From positions 64,001 to 128,000 of the forward strand of contig CBDCQT010000011.1 of the NCBI GenBank assembly GCA_965220745.1: a stretch of DNA of 64,000 nt. The letters are read 5' to 3'. The stretch comes from Alphaproteobacteria bacterium. GTDB taxonomy: Bacteria > Pseudomonadota > Alphaproteobacteria > UBA828. Position 1 is the stretch's first letter. Every line of letters begins with the position of its first letter. The position numbers and the translations under genes are program-made. Below the pieces are notes generated by a model, which saw nothing but the letters and a program-made list of their open reading frames with translations, had not been told where the DNA came from and ran no database searches. This document shows positions 56,406 through 64,000 of this stretch, piece by piece.

Positions 56406-58709
56406 TCAGGCGCCGCCGTTGGCCCCGCCGTTGTCGAGCGCCTCCAGCAGGCGCGGCGGCGACATCGGCAGGTCGGTCATGCGCACGCCGGTCGCGTTCT
56501 CGATCGCGTTGGCCACCGCCGCCATCGGCGGCACGATCGGGGTCTCGCCGACGCCGCGCACCCCATAGGGGTGGTTCGGGTTCGGCACCTCGACGATGAC
56601 CGCGTCGATCATCGGCAGGTCCGAGGCCACCGGCATGCGGTAATCGAGGAAGCCCGGATTTTCGAGCCGGCCGTCCTTGTCGTAGATGTACTCCTCGTTG
56701 AGCGCCCAGCCGATGCCCTGGGCGGCGCCGCCCTGAATCTGGCCCTCGACGTAGCTCGGATGGACCGCCTTGCCTGCGTCCTGCACCGCGGTATAGCGCA
56801 GTACGGTGACGCGTCCGGTCTCACGGTCGACCTCCACGTCGCACACGTGGGTGCCGAAGCCGGGGCCGGCGCCTTGCGCGTTGATGGAGGCGGTCGCCGC
56901 GATCGGGCCGCCGGTCTTGCCGGCCTGGGCCGCGATCTCAGCCATGCTCATAGGCTCGAAATCACCGGCATTGCTGCCCGAGGGCTTGGCGTAGCCGTCC
57001 TCCCACTCGACCGCCTCGACCGGGATGTCCCAGATTTTAGCGGCACGCTCGCGCAACTGCTCGACGACCTTGCCCGCCGCATCGATTGCCGCCATGCCGG
57101 TGGCGAAGGTGACGCGGCTGCCACCGGTGAGGAAGGTATAGCCGATGGTGTCGGTATCGGCGACCAGTGGGCGCACCCTTTCCGGCGGAATGCCGAGCGC
57201 TTCGGCCGCCTGAAGCTGAATGGAGGCGCGCGAGCCGCCGATGTCGGGGTTGCCCTCGATCACCGTCGCCGTGCCGTCCTCATTGACGTTGATGGTGGCG
57301 CAGGATTCGCCGCCGATGTTGAACCAGAAGCCGGTGGCGATGCCGCGACCCTGGTTGGGGCCGAGCGGGATGCTGTAGTGCTCGCTGCTGCGCGCGGCCT
57401 CCAGGGTCTCGATGCAGCCGACAGGGCCGAACTTGGGCCCGTAGAGCGCGCGAGTGCCTTCCCTGGCCGCGTTCATGAGGCGGAACTCCGCCGGGTCGAT
57501 GTCGAGCTTCTTCGCGATCTCGTCGACCACTCCCTCGGCGGCGAACTCGGAGATCGGCGCCCCCGGCGCGCGGTAGGCGGCCACCTTCGGCCGGTTCACC
57601 ACCACGTCGTAGCCCTCGACCTCGGCGTTCTCGATATCGTAGGGCGCGAAGACGCACATGCAGCCAGGCTGGATCGGCGAGCCGGGGAAGGCGCCCGCCT
57701 GATAGGCGAGCCACGCCTTGGCGGCGGTGATCTTGCCGTCCTTAGTGGCGCCCATCTTGATCGTCATGGCGCCGCCCGAGGTCGGACCGCTGGCGCGGAA
57801 CACCTCCTCGCGCGACATCACGATCTTGACCGGCCGGCCGGCAAGCTGCGACAGCCTGAGTGCGACTGGCTCCAGATAGACCACGGTCTTGCCGCCGAAG
57901 CCGCCACCGATCTCCGACGGCGTCACACGAATGTTGCCGATGTCGATGCCGAGCAGGTTGGCGCAGTAGGCGCGGACGGTGAACTGCCCCTGGGTGCAGC
58001 ACCAGACCTCGCACTGGCCGTCCTCGCCGGCGCTGGCGACCACCGCGTGGGGCTCGATGTAGCCCTGATGCACCGGCTTGGTGGTGAAGGTGCGTTCCAC
58101 GACGATGTCAGCCTCGGCGAATCCCTTATCTAGATCGCCGCTCTGGAAGTGCACCTTCTTGAAGACGTTCGACGGCGTCTCCGGCGTGGGCTCGACGCCC
58201 TGAGTGAACATGTCGTCATGCAGCACGGGCGCGTCCGGCTTCATCGCGTCGCGCACGTCGATCACGTGCGGCAGCACCTCGTAGTCCACCTCGATCAGGT
58301 CCAGCGCCTGCTTGGCGATGGCCGCCGTGGTCGCCGCCACCGCCGCAACGGCGTGGCCGTCGTAGAGCGCCTTCTCCCGCGCCATCACGTTCTGCGACAT
58401 GTCGCGGTAGTTGACCTGCACCTCGCCCGCCGGCACCCACTGGGAGGGCACCTCGGGCATCTCGTCGCGGGTGACGACGGCCTTCACGCCCGGCAGCGCG
58501 CGGGCCTTGGACGCATCGATGGAGCGGATGCGCGCGTGCGCGTGGGGGCTGCGCAGCACCCGGCCCACCAGCATGCCCGGCAGCGAGAGGTCCGCGCCGA
58601 ACTTGGCCCGGCCGGTCACCTTGTCCACGCCATCGGGGCGCCACGGCCGCGTGCCGACGTACTTGAGCGAGCCGTTGCCGTTACCGATCTCCTGCTTGGC
58701 GGTTGCCAT
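56406..58709 (-). CDS. Xanthine dehydrogenase family molybdopterin-binding large subunit
   Basis: KVTGRAKF, LRSPHAHARI, GGGFGGK, AYRAPG, EGQIQGG, RGVGE. Confidence 0.93.
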   Translation of the reverse strand: MATAKQEIGNGNGSLKYVGTRPWRPDGVDKVTGRAKFGADLSLPGMLVGRVLRSPHAHARIRSIDASKARALPGVKAVVTRDEMPEVPSQWVPAGEVQVNYRDMSQNVMAREKALYDGHAVAAVAATTAAIAKQALDLIEVDYEVLPHVIDVRDAMKPDAPVLHDDMFTQGVEPTPETPSNVFKKVHFQSGDLDKGFAEADIVVERTFTTKPVHQGYIEPHAVVASAGEDGQCEVWCCTQGQFTVRAYCANLLGIDIGNIRVTPSEIGGGFGGKTVVYLEPVALRLSQLAGRPVKIVMSREEVFRASGPTSGGAMTIKMGATKDGKITAAKAWLAYQAGAFPGSPIQPGCMCVFAPYDIENAEVEGYDVVVNRPKVAAYRAPGAPISEFAAEGVVDEIAKKLDIDPAEFRLMNAAREGTRALYGPKFGPVGCIETLEAARSSEHYSIPLGPNQGRGIATGFWFNIGGESCATINVNEDGTATVIEGNPDIGGSRASIQLQAAEALGIPPERVRPLVADTDTIGYTFLTGGSRVTFATGMAAIDAAGKVVEQLRERAAKIWDIPVEAVEWEDGYAKPSGSNAGDFEPMSMAEIAAQAGKTGGPIAATASINAQGAGPGFGTHVCDVEVDRETGRVTVLRYTAVQDAGKAVHPSYVEGQIQGGAAQGIGWALNEEYIYDKDGRLENPGFLDYRMPVASDLPMIDAVIVEVPNPNHPYGVRGVGETPIVPPMAAVANAIENATGVRMTDLPMSPPRLLEALDNGGANGGA

Positions 58710-58712
58710 GAG

Positions 58713-59189
58713 CTATTCTCCCCTCAGCTCCGCCGCCGTCGTCATCACGGCGCGGATGATCTTGTCGTAGCCGGTACAGCGGCAGAGATTGCCCGCCAGC
58801 CAGTAGCGGGCTTCCGTCTCGGTCGGGTCCGGGTTCTCCTCGAGCAGTGCCTTGGCAGCGACCAGGAAGCCCGGCGTGCAGATGCCGCATTGCAGCGCGG
58901 CGTCCTCCAGAAACTGGCGCTGCAGCGGATGCAGCGTGTCGCCATCGGCCATGCCCTCGATGGTGCCGATCTCGCGCCCCTCGGCCTCGGTGCCGAGCAT
59001 CAGGCACGCGCAGACCAGGGTGCCATCCACGGTCACGCTGCAGGCGCCGCAGTCGCCGGTGGCGCAGCCTTCCTTGGTGCCGGTGAGCTCCAACTCGTCG
59101 CGCAGCACGTCAAGCAGGGTCTGCTCGCCAGAGCAGAGGAACTCCGTCGGCTCGCCGTTGACGCTGGTGGTTACGTGATACTTGGCCAT
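58713..59189 (-). CDS. [2Fe-2S] small subunit (CoxS/XdhC type)
   Basis: GTKEGCATGDCGACSV, QCGICTPG, GNLCRCTGY. Confidence 0.94.
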   Translation of the reverse strand: MAKYHVTTSVNGEPTEFLCSGEQTLLDVLRDELELTGTKEGCATGDCGACSVTVDGTLVCACLMLGTEAEGREIGTIEGMADGDTLHPLQRQFLEDAALQCGICTPGFLVAAKALLEENPDPTETEARYWLAGNLCRCTGYDKIIRAVMTTAAELRGE

Positions 59190-60061
59190 CAACCGTTGCT
59201 CCTCGCTCGCTCCAGGGCGATGAGCGCGGCGCGTCTCGCCAGCACTCCCGCCACCTTGACCCGGTATTCGATGGTCCCGCGCTTGTCGTCGATGGGATTG
59301 CAGGCGGCGCTCGCGGCGGCCGCAAGGTTGGCAAGCGCGTCGTCGTCGACCTTCGTGCCGATCAGCGCCTTGGCGCCGTCTTCGACCAGCAGCGGCGTGG
59401 GCGCGACCGCACCGAGGCCGAGCCGCGCGTGGGTGCAGACGCCTGCCTCGTCGAGCGTGAGCGCGACGCCGGCGCCGACCACGGCGATGTCCATCTCGGT
59501 GCGCGGAATGAAGCGCAGGTAGGCATCGCCCGAACGCGGCGGCGGCTTCGGCATGACGAAGGAAACCACGATTTCGCCCGGACCGAGGCAGAGTTGGCCG
59601 GGCCCCGTGATCACGTCCTCCACCAGTACCGAGCGGGCGCCGTTCGGGCCCGCGACCTCGCAGACTGCACCGGCCGCGATCAGCGCCGGCACGCTATCGG
59701 CAGCGGGCGAGCCGTTGCAGAGGTTGCCGCCAAGCGAGGCGCGCCCTTGAATTTGGGTCGAGCCGATCAGCTCCAACGCCTCCACCACGCCCGGCCACGC
59801 GGCCTTCACGGTCTCGTTCTTGCCGAGAGTCGCGCCGGAGACCGCAGCGCCGACGCGGATGTCATCGCCGTTCACCGTCACGTCCATGAGCGCCGGGATA
59901 CGCTTCAAATCGACGATGAGGCCGGGCCGGACGAAATCGGTGCGCAGCTGAACCAGGAGGTCGGTGCCACCGGCGAGCGGCATGGCCTCGCCGTCGGCAT
60001 CGGCGAGGAGCCGGACGGCATCCTCGACCGTCTCGGGCGCCTCAAATCGTAGACTGCTCAT
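59189..60061 (-). CDS. FAD-binding medium subunit (CoxM type)
   Basis: LAGGTDL, ASLGGNLCNGSPAADS, PIDDKRGTIEYR. Confidence 0.93.
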   Translation of the reverse strand: MSSLRFEAPETVEDAVRLLADADGEAMPLAGGTDLLVQLRTDFVRPGLIVDLKRIPALMDVTVNGDDIRVGAAVSGATLGKNETVKAAWPGVVEALELIGSTQIQGRASLGGNLCNGSPAADSVPALIAAGAVCEVAGPNGARSVLVEDVITGPGQLCLGPGEIVVSFVMPKPPPRSGDAYLRFIPRTEMDIAVVGAGVALTLDEAGVCTHARLGLGAVAPTPLLVEDGAKALIGTKVDDDALANLAAAASAACNPIDDKRGTIEYRVKVAGVLARRAALIALERARSNG

Positions 60062-60255
60062 GTGCGGGGGGTTCCTCCTGTTGCCGCGGCACCTAGTGGG
60101 CGCCCTCTTTTACCCGAAAAGGCGCGGCGGTTCACAGGGGCAAAATGGCGGCCATGGCCGGCCTGCGCCTTGCGGCCGGCGGCCCCCGCCGTCTACCCTT
60201 GCCCGAAGGACGCATGACCAAGGACGGGCACCTGGGAGAGTGGGAGCCCAGCCGC

Positions 60256-62400
<2,145 letters not shown>

Positions 62401-62507
62401 CGCGCGGCGGCATTTGATCCGCCCCCGCTTCGTGCTTATGTGACACGCGCACCTAACGCGCTCTGAGCCCTGCCGGCGGCGGGGCCAACGATCAGACCCA
62501 CGGCCCC

Positions 62508-64000
62508 ATGGTTGCTCTCGATCGCGAGGCCCGCGTGCGGGAAGCGGGGGAACGCTCGCACCTGCACACCATCCGCACGCTGCTGCCCTATCTCTGGCCG
62601 CGCGGCTCGCTGGAGATGCGGGGCCGCGTGCTGCTGGCGATCCTGCTCCTCATCGGCGCCAAGGTGGCGAACGTCTATGTGCCGATCCTCTACAAGGACG
62701 CGGTCGACATCCTCTCGGGCGAAACGGCGGCGGTCATCGTCGTGCCGGTGGCGATTCTGCTGGCCTACGGCGCGCTCCGGGTGCTCACCGTCGCCTTCGG
62801 CGAGCTCAGGGATGCGGTCTTCGCCAAGGTTGGCGAGCGGGCGATCCGCACCGTGGCACTTCAGGTCTTCAACCATCTCCACGAGCTCTCGCTCCGCTTC
62901 CATATCGAGCGCCGCACCGGCGGCCTGAGCCGCGCCATCGAGCGCGGCGTCAAGGGGATCGAGTTCCTGCTCACCTTCATGCTGTTCAACATCCTGCCGA
63001 CCCTGGTGGAGGTCACCATGGTCTGCGGCATCCTCTGGGTCCTCTACGGCGTCACTTACGCTGCGATCACCTTCGTCACCATCGGTTCCTTTATCGCCTT
63101 CACCCTCACGGTCACCGAGTGGCGGCTGAAGTACCGCCGGCGCATGAACGAGAAGGACAGCGAGGCCAACACCAAGGCGATCGACAGCCTGCTCAACTAC
63201 GAGACGGTCAAGTACTTCGGCAACGAGATGCACGAGGCGCGGCGCTTCGACATCTCCCGCCGGCAATACGAACGAGCGGCGGTGCAGAGCAAGACCAGCC
63301 TCTCGCTGCTCAACATCGGCCAGGGAATTATCGTCGCGACCGGGCTCACCGGCATCACGATCATGGCCGGCTACGAGGTCGCCGCCGGCACCATGACCAT
63401 CGGCGACTTCGTGCTGGTCAACACCTACCTGCTCCAACTCTATATCCCGCTCAATTTTCTAGGCTTCGTCTATCGCGAGATCAAGCAGTCGCTCACCGAC
63501 ATGGAGGCGATGTTCAGCATCCTCTCGGTGGAGCGCGAGATCGAGGACGCGCCGGACGCGCCGCCGCTCGACGTCACCGCCGGTGCCATCGAGTTCGAGG
63601 ACGTGCGCTTCCGCTACGAGGAGCGGCGCGGCATCCTCGAGGGCATTACCTTCAAGGTGCCGCCCGGCACCACCACGGCCATCGTCGGCGCGAGCGGGGC
63701 CGGCAAGTCGACCATCTCGCGCATCCTCTTCCGCTTCTACGATATCGAGGCCGGCAGCGTCAGGATCGACGGGCAGGACGTGCGCGACGTGAGTCAGGAG
63801 AGCCTGCGCACGGCGATCGGCATCGTTCCGCAGGACACGGTGCTCTTCAACGACACGATCTACTACAACATCGCCTACGGCCGGCCCGACGCGAGCCCGG
63901 AAGAGGTGGAGGAGGCGGCGCGGCTCGCCCATATCCACGACTTCATCGCAAGCCTCCCCGACGGCTATGACAGCATGGTGGGCGAGCGCGGCCTCAAGCT
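62508..64000 (+). CDS. ATM1/HMT-type ABC exporter, fused TMD-NBD (cut by the window end; absent from the ORF track because it has no stop)
   Basis: Frame from ATG 62508: TLLPYLWP, RRTGGLSRAIERG, DSLLNYETVKYF, GASGAGKST, VPQDTVLFNDTI, GERGLK. Confidence 0.92.
   Translation, partial: MVALDREARVREAGERSHLHTIRTLLPYLWPRGSLEMRGRVLLAILLLIGAKVANVYVPILYKDAVDILSGETAAVIVVPVAILLAYGALRVLTVAFGELRDAVFAKVGERAIRTVALQVFNHLHELSLRFHIERRTGGLSRAIERGVKGIEFLLTFMLFNILPTLVEVTMVCGILWVLYGVTYAAITFVTIGSFIAFTLTVTEWRLKYRRRMNEKDSEANTKAIDSLLNYETVKYFGNEMHEARRFDISRRQYERAAVQSKTSLSLLNIGQGIIVATGLTGITIMAGYEVAAGTMTIGDFVLVNTYLLQLYIPLNFLGFVYREIKQSLTDMEAMFSILSVEREIEDAPDAPPLDVTAGAIEFEDVRFRYEERRGILEGITFKVPPGTTTAIVGASGAGKSTISRILFRFYDIEAGSVRIDGQDVRDVSQESLRTAIGIVPQDTVLFNDTIYYNIAYGRPDASPEEVEEAARLAHIHDFIASLPDGYDSMVGERGLK

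Noticed and set aside
56406-60061. Aerobic CO dehydrogenase (coxMSL order)
   Set aside because: The active-site loop is AYRAPG, not form I AYxCSFR or form II AYxGAGR; kept as a generic xanthine-dehydrogenase-family enzyme.

Overview
GC-rich bacterial chromosomal segment, most likely from an alphaproteobacterium (inferred from the rmlC-rmlB-rmlD-rmlA order, the VWA/J-domain pair, the ATM1-type exporter and methylmalonyl-CoA mutase). It holds about 55 real genes; most other ORFs in the track are antisense or out-of-frame shadows. Main blocks: (1) flavin monooxygenases plus an enamidase-like hydrolase (1-3.7 kb); (2) three toxin-antitoxin pairs (Panacea with a MazF-like partner, Phd-VapC, AbrB-VapC); (3) an OYE/TMADH-like flavoenzyme divergent from a LarA-like racemase; (4) an unannotated ~250-nt highly structured RNA-like element with a tRNA acceptor stem, D-loop and T-arm (13057-13306), just upstream of (5) a partly lower-GC rhamnose polysaccharide locus (methyltransferase, wzm/wzt, double glycosyltransferase, rmlCBDA with a frameshifted rmlD, GT2); (6) a catabolic region with a halohydrin dehalogenase, Rieske oxygenase, amidases, a duplicated deacetylase and an ABC importer; (7) dgcN-dgcA; (8) a corrinoid methyl-transfer operon (unknown protein, MtaA/CmuA-type methyltransferase, corrinoid protein, RamA/RACo-type activator, pterin-binding methyltransferase); (9) housekeeping genes, a xanthine-dehydrogenase-family Mo enzyme with a MoaD-like protein, scpA and an ATM1-type transporter cut by the window end. 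The best candidates for undescribed biology are the tRNA-like RNA and the corrinoid operon. All family assignments come from motif recognition; no database searches were run.
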